A DNA stretch of 64,000 bases from Gemmatimonadales bacterium (lineage in GTDB: Bacteria; Gemmatimonadota; Gemmatimonadetes; Gemmatimonadales; GWC2-71-9): assembly GCA_041577295.1 (NCBI GenBank), contig JBFGJG010000009.1, positions 32,001 to 96,000 of the forward strand, written 5' to 3'. The notes below the pieces were generated by a model, which made no database searches, was not told the DNA's origin, and was given only the letters and a program-made list of their open reading frames with translations. This document shows, piece after piece, positions 47,916-57,784 of this stretch (position 1 is the first letter of the stretch; each line of letters opens with the position of its first letter). Position numbers and translations under genes: made by a program.

Positions 47916-49838
47916 ATGCAAAAAACCGCTTCCCTACTGGTGTTGATTGGCCTTGCGCTTCCGGGCGAGACTGCTGGACAGAGCCAGGATTGGCCCGTGT
48001 ACGGTGGAGATCCTGGTGGGATGAAGTACTCGTCGCTCGACCAGATCAACCGCCGGACCGTGCGTCACCTCGAGACGGCCTGGACCTGGACGCCAGGCGA
48101 GCAGCCGCTACCCTCACCCGCGCGTCCCATCGACGGCCAGGACGTTCGCCCGGGCGTCTTCGAGGCCACCCCGCTGGTGATTCGTGACACGATGTACGTG
48201 GTGACTCCCTACAACCGCGTCGTGGCGCTCGATGCCAACACGGGACGGGAGATCTGGAGCTTTGACCCGCGTTCGTACGAATGGGGGCTGCTCCCAAGGG
48301 GCTGTCGCTTCTGCCACCGTGGGCTCGCCACGTGGTCCGACGGGACCCAGCGGCGGATCTTCCTCACCACCCGGTGGCGGCTGATTGCGCTCGACGCTGC
48401 CACCGGACGCCCGATCGCCACGTTTGGCACCGACGGGGAAGTCGATGTGAGTCGCGACCTGGTGTGGGAAGTAAACCGTATGCACTACGTGAACACCTCA
48501 CCCCCCGTGGTCTATCGGGACCTCGTAATCGTCGGCAGCGGCATGCCGGACAACCGGATCTACCGGAACAACCCACCCGGCGACATTCAGGCCTTCGATG
48601 CACGCACCGGCAAGCGGGTGTGGCGCTTCAACACCGTGCCGCAAGCTGGGGAGTTCGGCAACGATACGTGGGAGGACGGGTCGTGGTCCTATACGGGCTC
48701 GACCAACGTATGGGCTCCCTTCACGCTCGACGTCGGGCGCGGGCTCGTCTATCTCCCGGTGGGAACCCCCAACAACGACTTCTACGGCGGTCACCGAAAG
48801 GGCAACAACCTGTTCGCCGAATCGATCCTCTGCCTCGATGCGAACACCGGACAAAGGGTGTGGCACTTCCAGACCGTGCATCACGGGTTGTGGGATTACG
48901 ATCTCCCGGCCCCGCCAAACCTGGTGACGATCGAGGTAGACGGACGGCGCATCGATGCCGTCGCGGTGGTGGCCAAGACCGGATTCGTGTACGTCTTCGA
49001 CCGGGTCACCGGGGAGCCGGTGTGGCCGATCGAGGAGCGCCCGGTCCCGGCGAGCGACGTGCCCGGCGAGCGCGCCGCCCGGACGCAACCCTTCCCCACC
49101 CGACCCCCTCCGTTTGCAAAACAGGGATTCACGGAGGACGACCTCTTAGACTATACCCCCGAGCTCGAAGCGAAGGCCCGGGCCGCGGTGGCACGCTACC
49201 GGTTGGGGACGCTCTTCACGCCACCTTCGCTCGACGGCTTGGTCATGATGCCCGGGTTAGTGGGTGGTTCCGGTTGGGGAGGTGGAGCGTTCGACCCGCA
49301 GTCCGGCTTGCTGTACGTCAAGTCGAGCAATTGGCCGCATCTCATTCGGTTGGCGCCTCCCGAACCCGGTACGGCGGATGCCGACTACGTGTGGGATGGC
49401 AAGGCGGCACTCGAGATTGCCGACGGCGTCCCCATTCACAAGCCACCGTACGGGCTGCTGAATGCCATCGATCTCAATCAGGGAGCGCTGGCCTGGCAAG
49501 TGGTGTTTGGCGATACCCCGGAGATTCGCGGGCACCCGCTGCTCGAGCACCTCAACCTCCCGCCGGTCGGGGTCGCACCGCTCTCCCACGGAGCAACCTC
49601 GGGCCCCCTCGTCACCGCGGGGGGCCTGGTGTTCCTCGCCGGTGGTGCGAGGGCACTGCACGCGATCGACGCCGGCACGGGACAGACGTTGTGGCAAGGG
49701 GATCTCGCGGGGGGCCTCGGAACGGGCAACCCGATGACCTATCGCACGTCGAGCGGCACACAATATGTGGTGGTGGCGACCTCGCAGCGCGACGGCACCA
49801 ATGCACAACTGATGGCGTTTGCGTTGCCCCGCAGGTGA
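47916..49838 (+). CDS. PQQ-dependent dehydrogenase (quinoprotein glucose dehydrogenase-like, periplasmic)
   Basis: DWPVYGGD, YSSLDQIN, FEATPL, WHFQTVHHGLWDYD, TQPFP, PMTY. Confidence 0.92.
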   Translation: MQKTASLLVLIGLALPGETAGQSQDWPVYGGDPGGMKYSSLDQINRRTVRHLETAWTWTPGEQPLPSPARPIDGQDVRPGVFEATPLVIRDTMYVVTPYNRVVALDANTGREIWSFDPRSYEWGLLPRGCRFCHRGLATWSDGTQRRIFLTTRWRLIALDAATGRPIATFGTDGEVDVSRDLVWEVNRMHYVNTSPPVVYRDLVIVGSGMPDNRIYRNNPPGDIQAFDARTGKRVWRFNTVPQAGEFGNDTWEDGSWSYTGSTNVWAPFTLDVGRGLVYLPVGTPNNDFYGGHRKGNNLFAESILCLDANTGQRVWHFQTVHHGLWDYDLPAPPNLVTIEVDGRRIDAVAVVAKTGFVYVFDRVTGEPVWPIEERPVPASDVPGERAARTQPFPTRPPPFAKQGFTEDDLLDYTPELEAKARAAVARYRLGTLFTPPSLDGLVMMPGLVGGSGWGGGAFDPQSGLLYVKSSNWPHLIRLAPPEPGTADADYVWDGKAALEIADGVPIHKPPYGLLNAIDLNQGALAWQVVFGDTPEIRGHPLLEHLNLPPVGVAPLSHGATSGPLVTAGGLVFLAGGARALHAIDAGTGQTLWQGDLAGGLGTGNPMTYRTSSGTQYVVVATSQRDGTNAQLMAFALPRR

Positions 49839-49849
49839 ACGGCCGCGCG

Positions 49850-52012
49850 TCAACCCCGTTCCACAATCAACTTCGCCAACCGTTCGGGCGCCCGCTGACG
49901 TGCCATCAACGCGAGAAACTCCTGATCCTGCGCCAGGTGCGCCACGGCGGCGAGGCTGTCCAGGTGCTCGCGTGCACCGCCGACTGGTGAGAGCACGAGG
50001 AAGACGAGCTGCACTCGGCGGGCATCGGGTGTGTCCATCGCAACGCCGTAGGTGACGTTCGCCACGAAACACCGACTGTGCTGGAGCTGTTCGGTGTAGG
50101 CATGTGGAATGGCCACCGTGCTTCCGACAGCCGCCGACATCGTGCGATGTCGCTCCAGGATACCGGCCACCAGTTGCTCGATCGGCAGCTCGGGAAGCAG
50201 CCGTTTGGCACTCTTCATCAGCTCGTCGACGACGAACTCGAAGCTGGGTTCGGGCTCGCCGATCACATCCACGTGTGCGACGAGGTCAGCGAGACCGGGA
50301 ATGCGTCGTCGTAAGACCACAGCAAACTCGCCCTGTGGTTCGCCCGGTTGGAGTGGGTCGGTGACGATGGTGCCGCTCCCGTCGCGGACCCAGAAGAGTG
50401 GCTGAAAGTCAGGTCCAAAGTGCCCTCGTTCATCGGTGTCACCAATCTCGACCAGGTCGATCGCGAACGCGTCGGTGGCGAGACCGTGCGCCACCTGCGC
50501 CGGTGTCATAGAAGTCGACCACACCTCCACGCCCGCGGTGTGTTTCTCCTCCTCGTGGCCGTCGTCGTCCACCGGCCCCCAAGAGAAGCACCGATCTTCC
50601 GGGATCCCGCTCCAGCGCCTGAGCTCCCCAATGTCCCGGGGTACGGCCGTCGCCACGTTGAGAATCGCGTGCGCGTTTGCAAAGCGCGGGTCGTCGAACT
50701 CGTCACCCTCATGCGGATGCTCAGAGGTGGGCAATTCGAGTACGGGGACGCCTGCCCGGCGGAGTCCCCGCGCCAACTCCGGCACGACTACCGCATCACC
50801 CGTCAGAAGCCACGCGCGACGATCGGCTCGCTCGAGGCCGAGTAACCGAGCAACTGCGGGGGCAGAGAGGCCCTGCAGCGTGACCGTGGTCGCAATCACC
50901 GCATACGTAATGGTCTCGAGGTGCACGGCCTCGGCGTTGCCGAGATCCTGGAGCCGGAGCGCAAACAGGGAAGCCATGGCCGCCGCAACGATTCCCCGCG
51001 GGCCGATCCACGCGAGAAACATCTTCTCTCGCAGATTGAATCCGCCGTGCCACGTGGACAACCACACCGTCGTTGGCCGCAAGATCAACATCACCACGAT
51101 CAGAACCCCGAGCAGCGGCCAGCCGGTGAACCGGGCGAGATCGAGTTGGGCTGACAGCAGCACGAACGCGAGCCCAATACCAAACTCGGTCAATTCGAGC
51201 TTGAACCGCTTGACGTGCCGCAGTTGAGGCGGGTGCACCAGACCAATGACGAGCCCAGCGACGACGACGGCGAGGATACCGGATTCCGTCACGACGCCGT
51301 GCGCGACGGCAAACGTGAGCAACGCGCCACCCAGGACGAAGATGTTCACGTGTTCGGTGGGGATCCACGATCGCTTGAGCGCTGCCGCCATGATCAGCCC
51401 GAGCGTCGCCCCCACACCCATTCCCACGAAGAGGCGAAGCCCAAAGCGACCGATGGGCCCTAAGACACCGTGCACTTCTGCGGGGGTGAGCCATTCGTAG
51501 CAGAGGACAGCCACAAACACCCCGAGGGGGTCAATGAGCACGCTCTCCCAGTAGAGAATATCGTGCAGCCGCTCTGTGACGTGGACCCGACGCAGGATCG
51601 GGGCGATGACGGTCGGACCCGTCACAATCACCAGGCTCCCGGCCACCAGTGCCATACCGGGTTCGAGGTCGAACAGCACGAGCACCGCGGTCCCGGTTCC
51701 CAGCCACGTGATGAGCGGCCCGATGGTGACCATCCGTTTGATGACGCCCGACGTGCGCCGATAGCCGGCGACGTCGAGCGTCAATCCGCCCTCGAATAAG
51801 ATCACGGCCACCGCCAACGAGATCACAACTTCGAGGTCCTCCCCGAGCGCCGCGGGGTCCACCCAGCCCAGCGCACTCGGCCCGAGCACCACTCCACCCA
51901 ACAGGAGCAGCACGATCGACGGGATCTTGAGCCGGTGGCTCGCGATCACGAGGATCACACCCGTCGCGGCCGCCAAACAGAGCGTCAGCAAGGCGTCATG
52001 TGATGCGGGCAT
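49850..52012 (-). CDS. CPA1/NhaP cation:proton antiporter fused to a PTS EIIA-like domain
   Basis: ILFEGG, TGPTV, ESVLIDP, GPRGIVAA, then C-terminal VAIPHA...LVFLVLSP...HL. Confidence 0.9.
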   Translation of the reverse strand: MPASHDALLTLCLAAATGVILVIASHRLKIPSIVLLLLGGVVLGPSALGWVDPAALGEDLEVVISLAVAVILFEGGLTLDVAGYRRTSGVIKRMVTIGPLITWLGTGTAVLVLFDLEPGMALVAGSLVIVTGPTVIAPILRRVHVTERLHDILYWESVLIDPLGVFVAVLCYEWLTPAEVHGVLGPIGRFGLRLFVGMGVGATLGLIMAAALKRSWIPTEHVNIFVLGGALLTFAVAHGVVTESGILAVVVAGLVIGLVHPPQLRHVKRFKLELTEFGIGLAFVLLSAQLDLARFTGWPLLGVLIVVMLILRPTTVWLSTWHGGFNLREKMFLAWIGPRGIVAAAMASLFALRLQDLGNAEAVHLETITYAVIATTVTLQGLSAPAVARLLGLERADRRAWLLTGDAVVVPELARGLRRAGVPVLELPTSEHPHEGDEFDDPRFANAHAILNVATAVPRDIGELRRWSGIPEDRCFSWGPVDDDGHEEEKHTAGVEVWSTSMTPAQVAHGLATDAFAIDLVEIGDTDERGHFGPDFQPLFWVRDGSGTIVTDPLQPGEPQGEFAVVLRRRIPGLADLVAHVDVIGEPEPSFEFVVDELMKSAKRLLPELPIEQLVAGILERHRTMSAAVGSTVAIPHAYTEQLQHSRCFVANVTYGVAMDTPDARRVQLVFLVLSPVGGAREHLDSLAAVAHLAQDQEFLALMARQRAPERLAKLIVERG

Positions 52013-52151
52013 CGCGCGTGTGTGGCTCCTGGTTCGTTGGGGGAATGAACCGTTCTAAGGTGGCGAGCGGGTGCGGGTGTGGATAGAGCGGCCGCACTGT
52101 GCTGTGCGACCACTCTCCTACCCAACCATAGTGACAAAGGGGTATCGGTCG

Positions 52152-52337
52152 CTACATCGCCTGACCGCGGCCCGCGAGCATGAGGCCGCTCGCCGCGGCG
52201 AGCAGCAACACGGGTACATAGAGCGGAAGGTCGGTTCGTCCCAGCACACCCAAGACGAGCAGCACACCGGCTACGAGGGCAGCGGCGGCACCGACGCCGC
52301 GCAGGAGGCGTGCTTGCGATGAAGAGATCTTGGCCAT
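52152..52337 (-). CDS. Small 2-TM hypothetical protein
   Basis: 61 aa, two hydrophobic segments. Confidence 0.4.
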   Translation of the reverse strand: MAKISSSQARLLRGVGAAAALVAGVLLVLGVLGRTDLPLYVPVLLLAAASGLMLAGRGQAM

Positions 52338-52390
52338 GTCACACCCTAGGCGTTTGCCAGCACACGTCAAGCCCGGACCGCGGGGAAGAT

Positions 52391-52427
52391 TTGCTTGTGA
52401 AACATTCTTCTTGTATTCTTTCAATTG
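52391..52427 (+). promoter_or_regulatory. Sigma70-like promoter of the toxin-antitoxin operon
   Basis: TTGCTT-17-TATTCT ending 8 nt before ATG 52428, with an overlapping TGAAA...TTTCA inverted repeat. Confidence 0.55.
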
Positions 52428-52802
52428 ATGTCAACCGCACGTCCTGCCCCAGCGCCCGACCCGACGGTCGTCCTCACCAAGGCCGTTCTCTCCGCCGCGG
52501 ATCGTCTCGGCCTGCGCAACCGCGAGCTCGCGGAGGTGTTGGGTTCCAGCGAGGCATCGATCTCCCGCTTGAGCAGGCAACGACGGCTCGAGCCCACTGG
52601 GAAGGAGGGCGAGCTCGCGCTGCTGTTCCTCCGTCTGTTTCGCAGTCTCGACGCACTCGTGGGTGGTGATGACCGAAAAGCTCGGGCGTGGCTCGAAGCC
52701 CACAACGATCACCTCGGCGGCGTACCCAAAGACCAGATCCTCCGGATCGAGGGATTAGTCCGTGTCGTCCAGTATTTGGACGCGATGCGCGGGCGAATCT
52801 AG
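52428..52802 (+). CDS. Xre/MbcA/ParS-family antitoxin
   Basis: HTH (ELAEVLGSSEASISR) plus RSLDALVGGD...AWL...N..LGGVP...YLDAMRG. Confidence 0.9.
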   Translation: MSTARPAPAPDPTVVLTKAVLSAADRLGLRNRELAEVLGSSEASISRLSRQRRLEPTGKEGELALLFLRLFRSLDALVGGDDRKARAWLEAHNDHLGGVPKDQILRIEGLVRVVQYLDAMRGRI

Positions 52803-53517
52803 GGTCCGTGCGCTTGCCCTCGACCCGTATCGCGTGGTCGAGGATCAACATCAGGTGGCGACGCGCAAGCTCGTCGACACCGGTGCCGAGCAGGCGGTAC
52901 TCGAGGAACTCATCGAGTCGGCCAAGCCAGCCGATCCGACGGGCGGGCGGAAACATTATCTGCTTGCGACGCCGTTCCGATACCCACCCTTGCCGTACGG
53001 CTCCCGCTTTGGTTCGCGTGTCGAACGGGGAATCTGGTACGGGTCGGAAACACTGCGGGCCGGCTTTGCCGAGACCGCCTACTATCGATTGCTGTTTCTC
53101 GCCGGCACACGCGCCCACCTCGGAACCGTGCACACCCCGCTCACTGTGTTCCAGGTGCGGGTGCGGACGTCACTTGGCATCGATCTCTCGGCACCACCAT
53201 TTGACGTGCATCGCAAGACCATCTCATCCAAGACGAGCTACCGTGTCTCGCAGGCGCTCGGCCGCGCGATGCGCGGCACCGGCATCGCGACGTTTCGCTA
53301 TTGGTCCGCGCGCGACAGGGAAGGCGGAGTGAACGTGGGGGTATTTCGGCCCGACGCCTTTGGCCGCAGCCGGCCACGAAACTTCCTGAGTTGGCACTGT
53401 GTCGCAACCACGGCACGCGTCGAGATGCACAAACGTGACTATTTGCGACCCGAGATGTTCACGTTCCCACGAGCGCAGTTTCTGGTGCGCGGCAGGTTGC
53501 CACTACCAGCTCCGTGA
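52762..53517 (+). CDS. RES-domain toxin (NAD+-degrading family)
   Basis: RVVEDQH, TPFRY, SRFG, ETAYY, YWSAR. Directly follows and overlaps the antitoxin. Confidence 0.9.
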   Translation: MSSSIWTRCAGESRVRALALDPYRVVEDQHQVATRKLVDTGAEQAVLEELIESAKPADPTGGRKHYLLATPFRYPPLPYGSRFGSRVERGIWYGSETLRAGFAETAYYRLLFLAGTRAHLGTVHTPLTVFQVRVRTSLGIDLSAPPFDVHRKTISSKTSYRVSQALGRAMRGTGIATFRYWSARDREGGVNVGVFRPDAFGRSRPRNFLSWHCVATTARVEMHKRDYLRPEMFTFPRAQFLVRGRLPLPAP

Positions 53518-53544
53518 GAGTGCAGAGTGCAGGATGCAGAGTGA
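53517..53544 (+). repeat. Heptamer tandem repeat (AGAGTGC)x4, imperfect
   Basis: AGAGTGC AGAGTGC AGGATGC AGAGTGA. Confidence 0.7.
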
Positions 53545-53581
53545 GGGGAACCAGCACCGTGGTTTCAGCGTAGGTAATCCC

Positions 53582-54706
53582 ATGCTTCGCGTAATTCCGA
53601 TCTTCTTGTTGCTGTTGCCGAGCGGCGCGGTGTCCCAGGAACCGCCGGTCATCGGACGACCCGTGGCGCTTGGCGACGGTTGGCCCACTGCCGCCGCGGA
53701 GAGCGCCGGGTTCGATCGCGACGTCCTGGCGAAAATGGCCGCCGACGTGCGCGCCGGCGTGTTCCGGCGGATCACGAGCATCTTGATCGCCCACCGGGGC
53801 GTCTTGATCTACGAGGAATACTTTGACGATCGGGGCGCCGCGGCCTTCCGCGATACCAGATCGGCAACCAAGACCATGACCGGGATGCTCATCGGCCAGG
53901 CGATTGCACGCGGCTCGTTGCCAGGGGTGGAGGCCCGTGTGACGCCCTTCTTTCGCGACCATGCTCCACCGCAACACCCAGATGCGCGAAAGGACGAGAT
54001 CACGGTCGAGGACTTCCTCACGATGAGCTCACTCCTCGAGTGTGACGACTGGAACAGTTTCTCCCGCGGCAACGAAGAACGGATGTACCTGATTGAAGAC
54101 TGGATTCAGTTTACCCTGGACCTCCCCATCAAGGGGTTTCCACCGTGGGCCAGCAAGCCGGCGGACGCACCGTACGGACGGAGCTTCAGCTATTGCACCG
54201 CGGGCGTGTTCACGCTGGGAGCGGTCTTGAGCCGTGCCGTGGGCCAGCCGGTCGCGCAATTCGCCGATCGACAGCTTTTTATACCGATGGGCATCGACTC
54301 CGTCGAGTGGCAATACTCTCCGCTCGGCGAGGCGCAAACCGGTGGCGGCCTGCGAATGCGGTCGCGTGACCTCTTGAAGCTCGCACAGCTGTATTTGAAC
54401 GGAGGGACTTGGGGCGGGGAGCGGCTGATTCAGGAGGAGTGGGTGGCCCGCTCCATCCGGCCATCTGTTCGTGTCAACGATGACACCGAGTACGGATATC
54501 TGTGGTGGCTCCGTACATTCGAAGCGGCAGGCTCGAAACACCCATCCTACTACATGTCCGGCAATGGTGGTAACAAGGTCGCGGCGTTCCCAACCGACCA
54601 ACTGGTGGTCGTGATCACGAGTACCAACTACAACACATCGGGCATGCACCAGCAGACGGACCGGCTGTTGACCGAGTACGTGCTCCCGAGCTTGCCGTCG
54701 CCTTAG
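53582..54706 (+). CDS. Serine hydrolase, beta-lactamase class C-like
   Basis: SATK (SxxK), LTMSS, FSYC, YGYLWW, GNGG, signal peptide. Confidence 0.9.
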   Translation: MLRVIPIFLLLLPSGAVSQEPPVIGRPVALGDGWPTAAAESAGFDRDVLAKMAADVRAGVFRRITSILIAHRGVLIYEEYFDDRGAAAFRDTRSATKTMTGMLIGQAIARGSLPGVEARVTPFFRDHAPPQHPDARKDEITVEDFLTMSSLLECDDWNSFSRGNEERMYLIEDWIQFTLDLPIKGFPPWASKPADAPYGRSFSYCTAGVFTLGAVLSRAVGQPVAQFADRQLFIPMGIDSVEWQYSPLGEAQTGGGLRMRSRDLLKLAQLYLNGGTWGGERLIQEEWVARSIRPSVRVNDDTEYGYLWWLRTFEAAGSKHPSYYMSGNGGNKVAAFPTDQLVVVITSTNYNTSGMHQQTDRLLTEYVLPSLPSP

Positions 54707-54750
54707 AAAAGCAACGCCCCCGCCCGCTGCACTGACGGCGGGCGGGGGCG
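54707..54750 (-). terminator. Intrinsic terminator between convergent genes
   Basis: CGCCCCCGCCCGC-N10-GCGGGCGGGGGCG with an A-rich flank (U-tract on the - strand). Confidence 0.75.
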
Positions 54751-54782
54751 TGATCTCCCAGAGCAGTCGAGCTACTCGCCAA

Positions 54783-57170
54783 CTACGGCAGCAGCTCCAG
54801 CGGACGGTATTTCAGGAAGAACACACCTTCCTTTCCGCTCGAGACCACGATCGTGCCGCTCGCGAAGTACGGATAGTTGCTCCACGAGCCATCAAACTCG
54901 ATCTCTTCGCTCCATGGTACCGTGTCGAGGAATCCCACTTCCCGCGGATTCAAGCGATCGGCGATGTTGAGGATTCGCAGACCGCTGACGTAGTTCGACT
55001 GGTACATCAGGTCGCCCTTGATGTACAGGTTGTGGTCGATGGTGAAGGTAGTCCCGAAGTGCTCCTTGACCATGATGGGATCGTCGAGATCCTCGATGTC
55101 CCACACCAGGGTCCGGGTACCCGGGAGCGGCTGACCGGCCTGAATCGAGGCCGATTCGTCTCCTTCATCGTTCATGTAGAAGTACCGGTGATCCTCCGTG
55201 ATCCACCCTTGATGGGCGTAGTCCACGTTCGGATAGGTGGCGGACGAGATCCGCAGCGGGTTCTGTTTGTCCGTCACGTCCGAGATCGCCAGCGCATTCT
55301 CGTTGGAGCCGAAGCAAACCTCTTTGCCAACGTGCTCCGTGTCGGGTCCGTTGTACACGATACACATCGCGTCGTGTGAATAGCCCGTGCCGGCCTGACC
55401 CGTCAACGTGTCGGCGAAACATCCGGCGAAGACCGGCCGCTTGGGCGTGCGAATGTCGATCATGTGCAACCCGCCACCGCACGTCTCTCCGCCGGCGTTG
55501 GAGCCAACGGCGTAGGCAAACCCAGTCGTTTCATTGATCACGATGTTGTGCGCCGACGCGATCCCGTCATAGATCGTGTCCGCCGCAAATGTCGCTGGCG
55601 CATTGGAGACGCGGCGCAGCCTGGTCAGGTCGAAGACCTGCATGCCGTGCTGTCCTGCGCCGTCCGCCACGACGAACGCATGGTTTGCGTAGACCTTGAT
55701 ATCGCGCCACGCGTTCCCGCGCGATCCCGGCGTCTTTGGCAGATTGCCGAGGTACACCGGGCGCGCTGGGTTGGTGACGTCGATGAACGCGGTCCCATCC
55801 GTTCGCCCGACGAGCGCGTATTCCTTCCCCGATTCGGGATCGGTCCACCCCCATACATCGTTCGTCTCGGCACCGCGGCCGCCCCCGATACCCCGCACCG
55901 GAAGGAACGAGAGAATGTCTACCTGGCTGCAGGAAAACTGGTTTGCGGTGCCGTCGTTGCAGCGTATTGCACCTCCGACCAACGGTTCGAGGCTCATCGG
56001 CTCGGGACCGAGCAGCTTGTCGGTGGCCCGCCAGGAGTTACCGGTCTTGGTCAATACCACGGCCGATCCCAGCCCGAAGTCGTCGCCGGTCGCTCCCACG
56101 ATCGCGATGTCGTTGCCCACGGTGATCGTGCTGCCGAATCCATCGCCAATGTCTTCATCGAGCGCCGCGATCTTGTTGACATCCCCGAACCGGCCGGTGT
56201 TGGGGTCGTACGCGAAACGATACACGCGCCCGGAACCGTCCGCGCCGGGCGCCCCCACCCACAACTCGGAGTCACTGGCCACCAGGGTCGAACCGAAGCC
56301 GGCGTTGGGAATACGCTCGTACGGCGCTAGCACTGGACCCTGCACCCATGATTCACCCCGCCGGGTGTAGCGTCTGACCTCCCCGATGTCGTTGTCGCGG
56401 CCGGGCACGCCGATGAGCGCGTGTCCGTCGAGCCAGGCGACGGCCGACCCAAAACCATCCCCCGGTTGAGACTGCGCTTCGTCGACAGAGAGCCTCGCTT
56501 CCAGCGCCCAATCCCCGGGTGCGTTGCGACGGAATACGTACGCAGCACCGCGATTCTGCAGCTGCTGGCTGGCTTGTAGCGCCCCGGTCAGCAACCGCTG
56601 GCCGTCGAAGGCAAGGGACCATCCGAGGAATTCCTGAGTGCTGGCGCTGTCGCCCGGTGTGAGCTTAGCCTCCTGCGTCCACTTCCCGTCCCGTCCCCGC
56701 GCATACACCCACACGGCGCCACGGCCTTGGTTGTGGCCAAGGGCGGAAACGAACAGGAGATTCTGGTGCAGGAGCCCAAACCGGCCGAAGGCATCGCCCG
56801 GAACGACATCGTCGGGGCGTAAGGTCTCCATGAGCTCAAACTCATTGCCACGCCGACGAAAGACCCACACCGCTCCCGTGCTGCGGTCCAGCAACGTGCC
56901 GCCGACGATCAGCCGGTCGCCGTCCACCGCAATGAACCGTCCAAAGAAGTCTCCGCCCTCGTGGGTGGGTGCGGTCAGGGTGCCGCTTCGCTCCCACCGG
57001 TCACCCGTGCGCCTGTACAGATAGATCGTGGCCGGCTCGTTCTCCTTCACCGGCTCGCTAATCAGTATCTCGCTGCCAAACGTGGCCGCGTAGGCACCAA
57101 ACTGCTGCGCCTCGAGCGGCGCCGCCGCCACGAGGAGCGTCATCCCGATCACCAACCGGGGATGGATCAT
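54783..57170 (-). CDS. Choice-of-anchor B family secreted protein (FG-GAP + LVIVD repeats)
   Basis: FG-GAP repeats, then NDVWGW, WRDIKVY, AHN, YAHQGW, IDHN, WSNYPYF. Confidence 0.88.
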   Translation of the reverse strand: MIHPRLVIGMTLLVAAAPLEAQQFGAYAATFGSEILISEPVKENEPATIYLYRRTGDRWERSGTLTAPTHEGGDFFGRFIAVDGDRLIVGGTLLDRSTGAVWVFRRRGNEFELMETLRPDDVVPGDAFGRFGLLHQNLLFVSALGHNQGRGAVWVYARGRDGKWTQEAKLTPGDSASTQEFLGWSLAFDGQRLLTGALQASQQLQNRGAAYVFRRNAPGDWALEARLSVDEAQSQPGDGFGSAVAWLDGHALIGVPGRDNDIGEVRRYTRRGESWVQGPVLAPYERIPNAGFGSTLVASDSELWVGAPGADGSGRVYRFAYDPNTGRFGDVNKIAALDEDIGDGFGSTITVGNDIAIVGATGDDFGLGSAVVLTKTGNSWRATDKLLGPEPMSLEPLVGGAIRCNDGTANQFSCSQVDILSFLPVRGIGGGRGAETNDVWGWTDPESGKEYALVGRTDGTAFIDVTNPARPVYLGNLPKTPGSRGNAWRDIKVYANHAFVVADGAGQHGMQVFDLTRLRRVSNAPATFAADTIYDGIASAHNIVINETTGFAYAVGSNAGGETCGGGLHMIDIRTPKRPVFAGCFADTLTGQAGTGYSHDAMCIVYNGPDTEHVGKEVCFGSNENALAISDVTDKQNPLRISSATYPNVDYAHQGWITEDHRYFYMNDEGDESASIQAGQPLPGTRTLVWDIEDLDDPIMVKEHFGTTFTIDHNLYIKGDLMYQSNYVSGLRILNIADRLNPREVGFLDTVPWSEEIEFDGSWSNYPYFASGTIVVSSGKEGVFFLKYRPLELLP

Positions 57171-57475
57171 ACGAACCTCTCTTGGGATGTGTGGAAACTG
57201 TCCAAATCGTTGTCTGGCGGTTTGTTGCGGTAACGAATCACGAATCGGGATCCCAGCGCATCGGCGCGAGAACCCCGACTGAGAACAACTTAGTCACGCC
57301 GGATTCTGGTTCCATTACGTCGTTAGACGCCCAAAGGTTCCACTTGGTTGCTGGCGTTCAGAAGCGGATCACTTGGCAGTTGCTCGAATGAGACACGGCA
57401 GGAATGGATGAAGGATGCGCCCTCCCCCCTCACTGGAAGGTCCGCCACACCCTCGTGTTGTCATCAAAGCTTTCG

Positions 57476-57784
57476 TTACCCGAGGCCGCTCTCATGACGT
57501 GCGAACTCCACCACGAACTTCGTGGTGAGCGCAACCGCTGCTTGCTGACCAGCGAGCTGTTCACGGACGTAACGATCCCATCGATCGACTGGGATTCGGC
57601 GCCCCAGCGTCTCCTCGAGTCGAAACACGAGATCAAGAAAGTCAATCGACTCGGCGCCGAGATCTTGGATCAAGGCACTGTCCAGCAGGACATCGTGGAT
57701 CGGCACTACGAGGACCTCCGCGATCGTTTGGCGAACGAGTTCGGTGAGATCGTGCTCCTCTAGCAGCGGCGAATTAGCAGACAT
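57476..57784 (-). CDS. Acyl carrier protein
   Basis: DLGAESIDFLDLVFRLEE phosphopantetheine-site variant, acidic. Confidence 0.88.
   Translation of the reverse strand: MSANSPLLEEHDLTELVRQTIAEVLVVPIHDVLLDSALIQDLGAESIDFLDLVFRLEETLGRRIPVDRWDRYVREQLAGQQAAVALTTKFVVEFARHESGLG

Noticed and set aside
57171..57475. 305-bp intergenic region as an ncRNA or small ORF
   Set aside because: No convincing stem pattern, RBS-led ORF or known motif found by eye.
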